Assembly: GCF_036321535.1 (NCBI RefSeq)
Contig: NC_087436.1
Location: forward strand, 61,940,001 to 62,004,000
Source of the DNA: Camelus dromedarius
Taxonomy: Eukaryota
Length of the DNA stretch: 64,000 nucleotides
Reading direction: 5' to 3'
A program made the position numbers and the translations under genes. How positions within the stretch are numbered: the stretch's first letter is position 1; each line of letters starts with the position of its first letter. Of this stretch, positions 1 through 11,167 are shown piece by piece. A model generated the notes under the pieces. That model was not told the origin of the DNA, did no database searches, and saw only the letters and a program-made list of their open reading frames with translations.

Positions 1-295
1 TGAATATTTATGATTTGGGGAAAGAAACTCTACTTATTTAGTATGTATCCCCTTGTATATCTCTATGAATGCATGTTTATATGTGTGTGTATGTATACAA
101 GGCACTTCAACTGTAATCTGGGGATTCAGGTTGATTCTAATTCCATCAGTGTGCACTTGAAATTGGAACAAATAGATGTTACTAAAATGTGCCCAACTTC
201 ACACTTCTAGCTGTCTTCTTTTACATATTTAATTTAGTTCTTTCCAAATCTCCACAAAAAAAGAAGGTCACAGCCAAATATAAGATATGCGAATT

Positions 296-362
296 TCATG
301 AGGGCAGGGACTCATGAATATTTTGTTTGCCCCCAATTCCAAGAAAGGTGCCTGGAACATAG
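296..362 (+). mobile_element. L2 LINE 3'-end fragment
   Basis: catgagggcagggac...gtgcctggaacatagt resembles the L2 3' terminus; short and degraded. Confidence 0.45.
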
Positions 363-371
363 TTTAAGAAT

Positions 372-497
372 TACAAGTGCAGGCTACAGAATAATATTGC
401 CTGAAGGGGACTCTAGCACTGTCACTTACTTGCTATGTAATGGTGGGTACATTGCTTAACTTGTTCATGCCTCAGTTTCCTGAAATGTAGAATGGAT
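372..497 (+). mobile_element. MIR SINE fragment
   Basis: cacttacttgctatgtaa...ttgcttaac...gcctcagtttcctgaaatgtagaatgg resembles the MIR core. Confidence 0.7.
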
Positions 498-810
498 CTG
501 ATATCCGCTGCTATCCTTGTATCTAGGCTGTATCTATTCCTAGTGTGCATGATGACTTCAATTCCAGCAAGATTTTGTATACTCCACTAACTGGATCATG
601 AACTCAACTGAAACTAATTTTTAGTTTTCTCCTATCAATTAATAGCCCATTTGAAAATTTCCCTTTGAAATCCCGCAGATTCTTTTATTGAATAGTTAAA
701 TAACTGATCTGCTAATCTCATATAGAGTGGGTTTTGTGTTAACCTCTTTCTTCCACTTTATATGTCCTCATGGTAGTATACAAATTGTTGGAACTCTTAA
801 GCTAAATATT

Positions 811-841
811 GTGTGTATGGTGTGTGTGTGTGTGTGTGTGT
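811..841. repeat. (TG)n microsatellite, interrupted
   Basis: gtgtgtatggtgtgtgtgtgtgtgtgtgtg read directly. Confidence 0.9.
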
Positions 842-1319
842 TGTATGTTAGTAGAAAGAGTAACCGTACTTATTGGTATGGTATAACAATACTCCCCCTT
901 TTTTTACAGATCAGTGTGGGCATCTGCCTGCTCAGATAATAGAACACATCAGTGCTTTAAATTGACATGACATTACACTAGCCAACTCACATGACTCACA
1001 TTTTTCTTGGAAAAAAAAAAAGAAACAAAAATCATGCTTTAATAGAAAAAGCATGCATATTGTTGTCTGGTTTAAAAATATAAGAATTATTTTGTTCTCT
1101 CTTTTAATTTCGCAATATTCTCCATCTTCCTATAAGTGGAATGTTTCTCAGAGGGATTGAGTCTAAATTTTGTACTACAGGATGAAGAGATTAACCATGT
1201 AAAGGGATAAGAGAGAAGAGAGAAATACATGACTACATGGTTTCTCAGGGATAAGGTGAAATCTGCTAAATTGCAGTGAGGCCAACTGATTATGGTTTCA
1301 CTAGTTGCTGAGAGTCCTG

Positions 1320-1460
1320 GGGATGAGATGGCAGTTGTCTGCTTAGGAGTGATAATAGCTCCATCACATTGTTGGCAATATCAAAGGCTGCTGAGAGTTC
1401 ACCAAAGTTAGGGACTAAAAAGGATGCATTAGATTTGACTTTAAAGAGATCACTGGAGCT
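1320..1460 (-). mobile_element. L2 LINE fragment
   Basis: ggctgctgagagttcaccaaagttagggactaaaaaggatgcattagatttgactttaaagagatcactgg resembles antisense L2. Confidence 0.5.
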
Positions 1461-1539
1461 ACGCAGTCAAGTGGTATGAATGATGTTCTACTATCCAGTC
1501 TATTATCTGAGCCTGATGGCAGAGGAGTAAGGAATAGAC

Positions 1540-1706
1540 CTTTGCAATTCAAACAGTGGTTTATGGCTCAATGGCATCAGCCCTCGCAAAGAGCTTGTTA
1601 GAAATGCAGAATTTCAGGCATCCCCTCACAACTGCTGCATCAGAATATGCATTTTAACAAGATATCCAGGTGATTGCTAAGCAAATTAAAGTTTGAGAAG
1701 CACTGG
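1540..1706. mobile_element. MER5A-like hAT-Charlie DNA transposon
   Basis: gagcttgttagaaatgcagaatttcagg...catcagaatatgcattttaacaagatatccaggtgatt...aaagtttgagaagcactg matches MER5A hallmarks. Confidence 0.85.
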
Positions 1707-2371
1707 TGTAGACACCAATTTTGAGAGCGTTGGTTATGAAAGAAAGGACAAAATAAGACAGTGGGTCTAAGGAAGAGATATAATTCATAAATTTTGTTAT
1801 TGTTGTTAGTATTATTGAACAGACTGAACACATGAAAAATGATGATAGGCAAGATTGAAAGTACAGATTACATCTAATGTCAACTATGAGCAAAATAGAT
1901 ATTATTTTCAGCATATAGATTTGGAAAAGGAGTCTCAGAGAGGTTCAGATACTCTGTCAGGTATAAAATGACATAATGAATCATTTTTTAAATGTGTCTC
2001 TTTGTCTCCAGATGCTTATGCTCATTGTTATGGTTAAGGCTGATTCTTAATGAGAAGAAACATACTGAATTAAGCAAAGGATGAAAGTCATAATTGTTAA
2101 CTTCGGTACTATTATTGATGGTATCAAATGATATAGACATTGCTTAATTTACTCATTTCCCACTTTCTCACAAAGCAAGTCAACCTGACTAATAAAATAA
2201 TCAGTGGAAAACTTCAGAAGATGTATTTTGTGAAATGGTGGGATCATGACATATATAGTTGCTATTATAGTTGCTGTTATTTTGGGAGGCTAAATATTAT
2301 TAAAAAAAACTTGAATCAAATATAATTTCATATAAACAAACTCAGTCTCCTACCTGGTAGTCCATGAGTAT

Positions 2372-2953
2372 TGTGGTGTTCAGCCCAGATAATCTTCACA
2401 GTATTGAGATACCCCCATCTTTGAGCTACCCAGCTAACTCTTCTCCAGGAATTGTCCTTAGCTCAATGGATTTTTTGTCCTCTCCTTGGGCAGCTCACTC
2501 CCAATGACTATAAAGATTTAAACACCTAGCCCTCTTGTTTCAATTTGCTCTTCCTGGAGAGCATCTGAGCTCCCAAATGCTATGTGGGATCAGCTGAGTC
2601 CTCTGTTGCAGCTGCATTATATTTCAATTCAGTGATGTGCTGGGGCCAGTTCCAAGTGTCTGCTGGGAGGCAGTTTTGTGCATCCTTCCCGATTTTGCAT
2701 TCAGTGAATTTATGTTGATAGCTTGAAATAATTAAATACACCATGAAAATCAGCTAATGCTACAAATCAAGGATTTTTTTTTTCCAGAGAACTTGTTAAA
2801 CTGATGCCAGCATACCACAGGTTCAAGTTCTACTTCTGCTTAAGCATGCATTCCTTACTTCTCTACATTTGTCATTCTAAAGTGGACTCCTCAGTAAACT
2901 CGCTGCATGCACCTCCTTCGTAGCATCTGTTCAGAGGGAATGCACCTGAGACA
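2372..2953. mobile_element. LTR16-like ERVL solo LTR, interrupted by a MER63-like element
   Basis: gagctcccaaatgctatgtgggatcagctgagtcctctgttgcagctgcat and the end cagtaaactcgctgcatgc...atctgttcagagggaatgcacctgagaca; similar to the LTR at about 22170-22593. Confidence 0.6.
2630..2820. mobile_element. MER63-like hAT-Blackjack DNA transposon
   Basis: Imperfect terminal inverted repeats cagtgatgtgctgg (2630) and ccagcataccacag (2820); degenerate 8-bp TSD tttcaatt / gttcaagt. Confidence 0.65.
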
Positions 2954-2992
2954 ATGGCATGTTTGCAAAAGTCACTTATTTTCAACACTTTA

Positions 2993-3176
2993 CAGTAGGG
3001 TTTGGCAAACAATGATCAAAGGACCTATTCTTGTAAATAAAATTTATTGGAACAGTGTCACCTATTTATATGAATCAATGACTACTTTCATGACAGAATG
3101 GCAGAGATGTATATGACTCACAAAACCCAAAATATTTAATATCTGGCCCTTTACAGAAAATGTTTGCTGACCTCTG
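2993..3176. mobile_element. MER58A-like hAT-Charlie DNA transposon
   Basis: gggtttggcaaac...ttgtaaataaaatttattggaaca...aaaatatttaatatctggccctttacagaaaatgtttgctgacctctg. Confidence 0.85.
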
Positions 3177-3189
3177 AGCTACTGGATAA

Positions 3190-4090
3190 CTTTTCTATCT
3201 CTCGAAGACAATTTAAGCTTAAAGTGTCCAAAACCAATCTCACTATCCTTCCTCTCCTCCATTTCCTGTACTATTCCCATACCTGTATATTTCTTCTATG
3301 TTTTCCATGTTATACTCCATCCAGTTTTCCAAGAAACAATTGAACCCATGTTTTCCCCTCCATCCTTATTGCATTAACATTCAAAATCTTGTATACTATT
3401 TTGTGCCACCTTTTATCAGTCCTCTTTGTAAGCAGTCTCTTCCCCTGTTAGTTTTCTCTCTCTGCTCACCTGAGAACTTTTCTAAAACACAGATTTTTAT
3501 CATACAAGTTTTAGGCTTAAAACCTCCATTCAGTCACCATTAATCGAATCAATAGCAAACCCTTTAACTTGATATATGTGTTCTTTTTTTACATGACTCT
3601 CCTGCTTTTCCAGTTTCACCTGTCAAGTCTCCTTCAAATAAGGTCTCTACTTTATCACCACTGATGGTCTTTTATAAACCAGCAAAGCTCATTGTTCTTC
3701 TATGTCTGTGTAAATAGATTCAGCTGTCTATTAAGGTTGCACTCTTTCTGATTCATAAAATCCTATTTATCTCTCAAGATCCAGCTCAAATATTCCTTCT
3801 AACTTTAAAGCTTCCATTGCTCCATCTAACAGAATTAGTTGCTCTTTCCTTGGCATTCACAAAACATGTTGTACTTATCTCTACTTTGTACACGTTGTGT
3901 TTCAGTATTTGATTTTACATACAGTAGAACCAGCACTGTTTGCACATCTGTCTCTCTCCAGCCAGTGACTGAGTTCTCAGATCACAGACAATATTTTGTT
4001 ATTCCTTTTTTATCTTCCCCAGAATCTAGCACAATGCTTGCGGTTTCATTGGTTCTTAATGAATTCTGCCTGTATGAATAAATAAATAAA
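3190..4090 (+). mobile_element. L2 LINE 3' portion
   Basis: Pyrimidine-rich degraded body with tcaagatccagctcaaatatt; ends tatcttccccagaatctagcacaatgc...tgaataaataaataaa, typical of the L2 3' tail. Confidence 0.7.
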
Positions 4091-6890
4091 AACGCATCCT
4101 TAGGAATGCACTGAGATTTGTCTTAGAGGGGGTTTAAGCTTATCAAATAGTAGAAAGTAGTATACACTAGGTTATAAGACATTATCAAGTTTCAGAATTC
4201 TGAAAAAGACTACTGCTTTCTGAGTAACATATTTTAATTTGAGGGTTTGAGTTTTGATGAAGAAAGGCCACATGCAATGTCTGGGACTAGAGAAAATTTT
4301 TCAATTTCTTAGGAAAGGTATTTCATCATTTTGCCTTGTAGTTTCCTCTGGGCTTGAAGCAGACAATAAGCATTGAAATTCCTATCCTTGACATTTTTGC
4401 ATGCCCTTACACAATGGTTATGGGAGATTAAATAAATTACACAAATGGTATTTTATCAACTTTTCCCTCTTAAAATCATATCCTGAGATAGAGTTCCAAA
4501 AGTTCATGTTTCCTGATTTCTCAGCTGCTATAAAGTTGGACATAGCTCTTTAATTCAAAGGATTAAATTGGCTTTAACTGAAAGAGGAGAGCTTGGTTTT
4601 CTTTCACAAATTGCCATGGGAACATGAGTGCTGCAAAGCTATTATACCTCTCATCTGAAGCATTTCAGATAATTTGGAATATCTCTAACAATGACATTCG
4701 AAACCTCCCAAGCATGATCATCCAGGATATGAAAGTTAGAAGACCAGGCTATTTTATAACTTAGTACTGTTTCAGATATTCCAGTGGCACCAATTTAATA
4801 AATCAGAACTTCATCTGGAATAGTATTTGAATCAGTGATATTTTATAAAAGTCTAATTAGCACAGAATATGTGTGGCTAACACGTAGCAGGCCAAACACA
4901 AGACAGCGGAACTCTAGGAAAAGAAGATAAATCATTAAAGCTGTAACAGATGAAATTGACCCAGTGGTTTTTCCTATGATTATGTAAACATTAAAAACAA
5001 GTTTTGGAAAAGAAGCCCATTGAAAATAAGGTTTTACAGCTTTCAGAAATGTGAAATTTTACGCTTTGACATATTACTAACTTGCAGTGCCATCTAATAT
5101 AATCAGCAAGAGAACTGAAATAAGATTGCTTTTTCCCTCGTCCAGTATGAAGTACAAATTTTACCTTTTATCCAAGCTTATTGCTACTGCCAGCAAGGTA
5201 AAAAGTTCTATATGAAAGTTACTTTTGACTTGGGATACATATATGTTTATTCTTAATTTTACTTCAGTATTGCTAGGAGCAATTTCATTAAAGATGGATA
5301 GAAAGACAACTTAAAAAAACATAATTCTCTTTCAAAAAAAAAAAAAAGGCTGCTCCTTTGATTTCTTTCTACACTAATAAAAGGCTGTTTGAATATACTT
5401 CAGACATCATGAGGCAAACATTCTTTCATGCAGTCTTAATCTTTTTCATCATTAACCAATTGTTTTTTTCTTTTTCTTCCCTTTTTTTGCAGAGATCTGA
5501 AATGACCTTATTTTTAATAGTCCATTATGGACTAAATTTTAGGTTTCTAAATACACAGGGAACCTGTATTTTCCCACACAACCATAACAAAAATTCATTC
5601 TTTTTCTAATGATTTTAACATATGCTCTGACTCATTGAAGAAATACCAATTTTTCCTAAGGGAAGACTACAGTTTAACTGTTTCTTAAATCTTTCACATT
5701 TTCTGACTAGTGCAGGCCAGATTCACTAAACCTTAAGCAAATGCATCGGAATATTTAGTTTTTCATTCTTAATATACTTCTTTCAAATATTCTCTCTTCT
5801 GTCACATCTTTCTAAGAGACAGTAGCTGGGTCTGTTTGTTGTCAGTACGGGAGATAAGCTAGTGAGAGAAAACCAGGCAGAAGCAGCATGATGTGAAATG
5901 AAGCAGCATGGATTTATTTCATTTTCTCCCTAAACAGAGTAAATGTGTGAAGGTAACTGCACTTTCAGCAATTAAAAAAGTTTATGTAAAAATAACTTTC
6001 ACTTACCGGGAAATGGTTTCAGAATAGATTTCTCATTTGATAGCATAACCCCTTTTCTGAGCTTTTTAAAGCAATCTGATTAATGTTAAAGACAAAGTTA
6101 AAAAACAGTTTTAGTATTTTTCTTCTTCAATACCTATAACAGAGAAAAATTTATGACTATACTTTAATTTTATTGCTGCTGAGCCGTTCCTAAAAATGAA
6201 CTGGCAGTTGCCATTAGTAGGTTAATTGATTTAATAATGTTCCTGTGAATAAGCTAGCACTTCTGACTTGAACTGCTTTCTCAATTGATTGGTACTCTAT
6301 AATAGAATTCTATAAAATGTATAGAAACAGCAACGAGGAACTCAGCTCTGGATTTTTCAGTTAATTCATTAGCATTTAGAAGTCTAAGAAATTATTGCAT
6401 TTTCAATTTGCTAAATACACAGCATTTGTTACTAATAATTAGGCACATGCTTTGCTTTTACAAACGCTCTTTAAAATGCAAACTTGTAAAAATCACACTG
6501 GAAAAAAAAGTGTGTTAATAGCCTAGTGGTGTGTATTTTTCAAATGCCAGCACCTTCCAGGGATTTACGAGATGGAAGAAATCAGGTATCAGTTAAGGTA
6601 ACTTGCAGGGCAGGCTTGGTTCAGGGAAAAGAGGAGGAAAGAGGAGGGCCACTGAGGAGCTGCAAGACAGGAGCTACTACCAGTGGCTCCAGAAGCATGA
6701 GGAGGGCCACTCTTCTCTAACCCATTTTCCGGAAAAAAATGCTGAGGTTTTGGGAAACAAGATTGCTACTTATTTTAGAGGATTATTGAATTCACCATTT
6801 GCCTGAAAGCCAAATGGTTCCAGATTAAAATCGATTTCAGCCCAGAGCCCAGGCCAATGCCACATATCATCATTACAAAAAAATTTCTAG

Positions 6891-7035
6891 GAAGATTGCC
6901 AAGGTGGCAGAACAGAAGGACGCAGAGCTCATCCTCTCCCACAGACACACAAAAATTACACCAACAGACAGAACAATTCTCACAGAATACCTACTGAACT
7001 TTGGCAGAATATTTCTTACTTCAGAAATGCAAGAA
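6891..7035 (+). mobile_element. Isolated L1 5'-UTR terminal fragment
   Basis: caaggtggcagaacagaaggacgcagagctcatcctctcccacag...acagaatacctactgaactttggcagaa resembles the first ~150 nt of laurasiatherian L1, with a degenerate CAAGATGGCG YY1 motif. Confidence 0.6.
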
Positions 7036-7942
7036 GATTCTATTACTCTATTTATTTAACTATTTTAAAACTACTAGATTGTTTAATCTTTTAATAATAA
7101 ATATAGCTTTTATATTAACTTATTGAATTTCTATACATCAAAAATGTATGTTTTTTTTACTCCAAGTCAGATATATAATGCTTATCTATTTTCCAAGAGA
7201 CTATTAAAATATAGATGTCTGAATGATATGCATTGCTTGTTGTAGACGTTATTGATGTTGTATGTCATAATTTTTGGTTGTATGACAATCATTGTAGAAA
7301 TAAAGTATCAGCTGAAGTAAATAATACTTACCTCCAGAAAAAGTACAATCCCTACCTTCTACCAGGTTCTTAGAGTACATGTGTGAGGGTAAGGACTGGG
7401 TGTTCTGTAGTTCAGTTGAGCATGGCTTGGCTGCAAATTTAGTTAGACTCAATTTGTTGTTATTGTCAAATATTTTGAAGGCACAATGTAGACTTTCCTT
7501 CAGCAAGTCTTGGACTCTGAGCACTAAAGAGACTCGAACAAAATCTTTGTATTTTCCTAAACTACTTCCAGTTTTCCCAACTGTGAGTGGTCTTTCTTTG
7601 CATCACAGCCTGGCTGCCAGCCTTTTTTCTCTGGAGATGTTTTTTGTTTGATCATTTGCTTGATTTTTCTTCTGCCCTTTCCCTAGTTTTCTGGGCATTG
7701 GAAAATCTCCATCTGTCCTCCTACCATTACTGTAATCTTGGAGTGCTGCTCCAGTGTAGTCAGTGAAGATCTGAAGTGACTAAAGAGATTTTCAGTAGCT
7801 TTCTTGACTCAGGGATGACCTTCAAAGGGCCACTATTTTGCATTCAGAGAAGAGCAAGAACCAGGGGACCATCAGTGATCATCTCAAAGGCTGCTTGCTA
7901 TAGTTAATTTCATTCAGTGAATTTAGTTTTCTTAGTATGGTA

Positions 7943-8008
7943 AGAAAACAAAGCAAAGCAAAGAAAAACAAAACAAAACAAAACAAAAAAAACATCAAAA
8001 ACAAAAAC
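7943..8008. repeat. A-rich simple repeat (AAAGC/AAAAC)n
   Basis: gaaaacaaagcaaagcaaagaaaaacaaaacaaaacaaaacaaaaaaac read directly. Confidence 0.85.
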
Positions 8009-8223
8009 CTATGGAGATTTTATGACTCATCTGGCTTGTTCATGTATTTATGATGGAAGTGCTGGTTTCTTATAAATTTAATTTCTACATCCTGACTAGT
8101 AGTAAAAGTCTTAACAAATAAGTCTTATTATAAGCCATGTGCATTTTAGTAGAAAAAATTATTTCTTAAAAATGTAAAATTTACCCACTTTTTATATAAA
8201 TATGTAAAATTATATGTAGTGAT

Positions 8224-9016
8224 TTATATATGAGTATAGTTTCATTGTTTTTCACAGTTGGTATCCTGTGGACATCAGTTCAGTAGAGGGGACCAGGGTC
8301 AGAGTGTAAGTTGCTAGTTGGGAGGAGATGGGCAGGGGACATGGGCAGCGCTGCCAACCTGAAGCCAATAAGTCAGAAGATGGGTTGTTGGGGAGAGAAG
8401 GGGGTTTGGGGGGAACAGCCAGTAGAGCGCTGGGACTGCCGACAAGCAGACTGGCTGCTCCTCATCCTGTGAGTTTCAGAGCCTTAGAGCATTGGGAGGC
8501 TTGGGGAAGATGTGGACAGTGTAGATGCCAGCTCCAGTTTCAGCTGGGATGGGGTTCAGGACAATGAGGAAGTCCCCACCCAAGGTGTCTTCAACCACTG
8601 AGAAATAAGCTTGGGAGAGAGGGCAATACTACTCAGGGTTTGGGTAGGGCACTTGGATAATATAGGCAAGGGGCGGGTGTGGTGGCATCAGAAGCTGTGG
8701 TGGAGGTGCAAGCCACAGAGGAACAGTGGGGTGGCAAGGGGCTGTGGCCTGGGGGTGGGAGACCCAGGCCTTTGGGCAGCCCTCTGAACTCCACAATGGT
8801 GGAGGCACCAGGCTCAGTGGGACTACTTCTTGGCCATAACCTCTTTACAGCACTTGTGGCTCAGCATGGCCCAGGAGGCTGTCTGTGCCCACAGCTTGTC
8901 CGTCTGGTGCACGAAGCCCCTCACCCAACTACCCAATCTCTGTCCGGGGCACACGGAAAAATCCCCACATTCTGGGTCCTCCGGTTCACCTCCATGTCAT
9001 TTGCATGCACTGTAGT
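8224..9016 (-). pseudogene. Probable 5'-truncated processed pseudogene of an unidentified GC-rich mRNA
   Basis: Abrupt GC-rich island in AT-rich flanks. Minus-strand frame reads YSACK*HGGEPEDPECGDFSVCPGQRLGSWVRGFVHQTDKLWAQTASWAMLSHKCCKEVMAKK* (stop near 8824), followed by ~580 nt of 3'UTR-like sequence and an A-rich end (gaaaaacaatgaaac). tgtagtgat occurs at both edges (8215-8223, 9011-9019). Confidence 0.5.
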
Positions 9017-10264
9017 GATATAGTACTATGTTTATATACTATTTATATAGTAGAGGGGTTTTTGTTAGTAAAAAAATCTTTAGACCCCTGGATCATATAT
9101 CTGCTTTGAAACAAACACTGCAGGTAAATAGAGCACTCTCCCTAGCATGTCCACATCAAACACAGAGTAGCAGTTTTCCACCTTCTTTTAAGGCTTAGCT
9201 CAATTCCCCATTTTAAAGATGCTTTCTTCTTTAATGAATTATTTCTCTTTTCTGTTTTAAAGGACTATATGTATTTGTATTCATTTATCATGGTTTCTAC
9301 TATATTACATCATACAGATTTATTTGTCTATCAGTTCCACTAGGTCTCTAGTAAAAGATGTGACATACAATAAATGCCCAAACATGTTTGTTGACTTATT
9401 TAATCCAGAGTGTTATTACATAACAGGTTTCTTTGGTAACCTCTTAGGAAATGTAATAAGAATCTTATTTTTGCATGATAATACATTTTTTGGTTTAAAT
9501 GACTAATGATAATTTCAAGTAGAATAAAATGCTATGAATTGTACAATTAACATTTCTACCTTTTTCTCACATAAAAAATAGTTTTAATAGGTCTGGTGAC
9601 TTTGGCTAGTGGTCACTATAATATAGCGGCTACTAGAATATAAATGAAAACTGTATTTGAAATTAAGACAAATATTTTACTGAAATCCACAAAATTGAAA
9701 ATTCAATAAGCAAAAGTAACAGAATATAGCTTCCTAAGAAACAGATGCAAGGATTATTTGCTGCAAGTTAAGGCTTCCTTTGCTGAATTCATTTGGTTGA
9801 AGTCCCAGTAAATCTGCCAACACAGCAGCCACTTCTCTTGATATTTACTCATATTCCCTAGGAATTTGGTTATGCTCAGAAAGTTTGGAGCCAGTTCTTC
9901 ATGTTGAGATGCCAGTGCGTTGGCAGTCGGAACTGTGACGGGACTTCACAGAATCATTATTTATGGCATTTGATAATGTCTTTTTAAAAATGCCTGGATA
10001 CTTCCTAAGTAGCCTTCTGTGACTTGACAGTATCAGTGTTTCCAACCATTCTCAGACAGCCAGTTCCTTTTGCTTTTAAGTTTAAGGAAAGAAGTTTTTT
10101 TTTTTCTTCTTATTTTGTATTACTTAGCTGTCAAACCTTGAACATAGAACTATCATGGAAGCAATACTGGTGTGAAAAATATTATAAAATATTAAATGAT
10201 TGGTTTTTCATTTCTTATATCAACCATGCGTTTATTAAACATTCTATATTTATACTAAGAAGAC

Positions 10265-10350
10265 ATTAATAATTTTTTATTATCATGTTTTTATTATTTT
10301 TATATTTTTTACTATTATGTAATAAAAATAATTATTTTATTATTATTATT
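10265..10350. repeat. AT-rich low-complexity tract
   Basis: Near-pure A/T with (TAT)n runs. Confidence 0.8.
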
Positions 10351-10359
10351 CAGACATTT

Positions 10360-10570
10360 TTTAATGCCTGAAACAACACAAATTTATTTTCTCACAGTTC
10401 TGTAGGATGAAAGATTAAGGTGCCATCAAAGTTGGTTTCCAATGAAACTTCTTTCTGGCTTGTGGATTGCCACCTTCTTGCGTGGCCTTTCCTCTGTGCA
10501 TGCATGGGGAGAGAGATCTCAGATTAAATTCTATTCTGTAGGATTTCAGTTCTATCATATTAGGACCTTT
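10360..10570 (-). mobile_element. MLT1A/B-like MaLR LTR fragment
   Basis: aaacaacacaaatttattttctcacagttctg...aagattaaggtgccatcaaagttggtttcc...gccaccttcttgcgtggcctttcctctgtgcatg. Confidence 0.75.
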
Positions 10571-10834
10571 TCTATTTTTAAGACAATTTGTAAATAGTCC
10601 TGTAGATTAAGATTCAGGCTGAAGGAGAATACTCTGCCTTCAAAAGGCAGAAGAAATACTCACAAGTCAGGCAGGAAGTCCTAGCACTAATAGGTTTTCC
10701 TCCGGGCAAGATATTTTTACTCTCTTGTGATCCCTTTCTTAAAATATTTAAAGAATTCAAAACTCATTTTTCCTAGATTGGTCCTTGATAGCCCCAGAAG
10801 AGTAAAACAGAATCAATTTCTTATTTAAAAATCA

Positions 10835-11040
10835 ATTTTATCTAATAAGTATTTATCAAGCACTTATGGAGTCAGGTCTTATGTTAAGACTTGAGAATTT
10901 TGCTGGGATAAAACGTGTGAAATCCTTGTCTTCATTGAGCTTAACTTCTCAAATAGGTGACAAATACTAACTAAACAATATTTATTCAATTAAAATTGAG
11001 AGAACTGCTGTGAAGGAGAACAAAGAGAACTATTCTAGGT
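10835..11040 (-). mobile_element. L2 3'-end fragment
   Basis: taataagtatttatcaagcacttatggagtcagg...aatccttgtcttcattgagcttaacttct. Confidence 0.55.
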
Positions 11041-11051
11041 GTTCTGGAAAT

Positions 11052-11126
11052 ACTTCTTTTTTATTGAAGTATGGTTGATTTAAAATGTGTTAGTTTCATG
11101 TGAACAGCAAATCGATTCTGTTACAC
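11052..11126 (-). mobile_element. Very short L1 3'-terminal fragment
   Basis: ttttttattgaagtatggttgatttaaaatgtgttagtttcatgtgaacagcaaatcgattctgttac resembles an antisense L1 3' end. Confidence 0.65.
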
Positions 11127-11167
11127 TGGAGAGACTTCTTTAAGGAAGTTCCATTTAGGATCATTTT

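Noticed and set aside
8679..9109. Plus-strand ORFs (114, 61, 74 aa) in the GC island
   Set aside because: GC-rich DNA is stop-poor; there is no recognisable domain and the island's structure points to the minus strand
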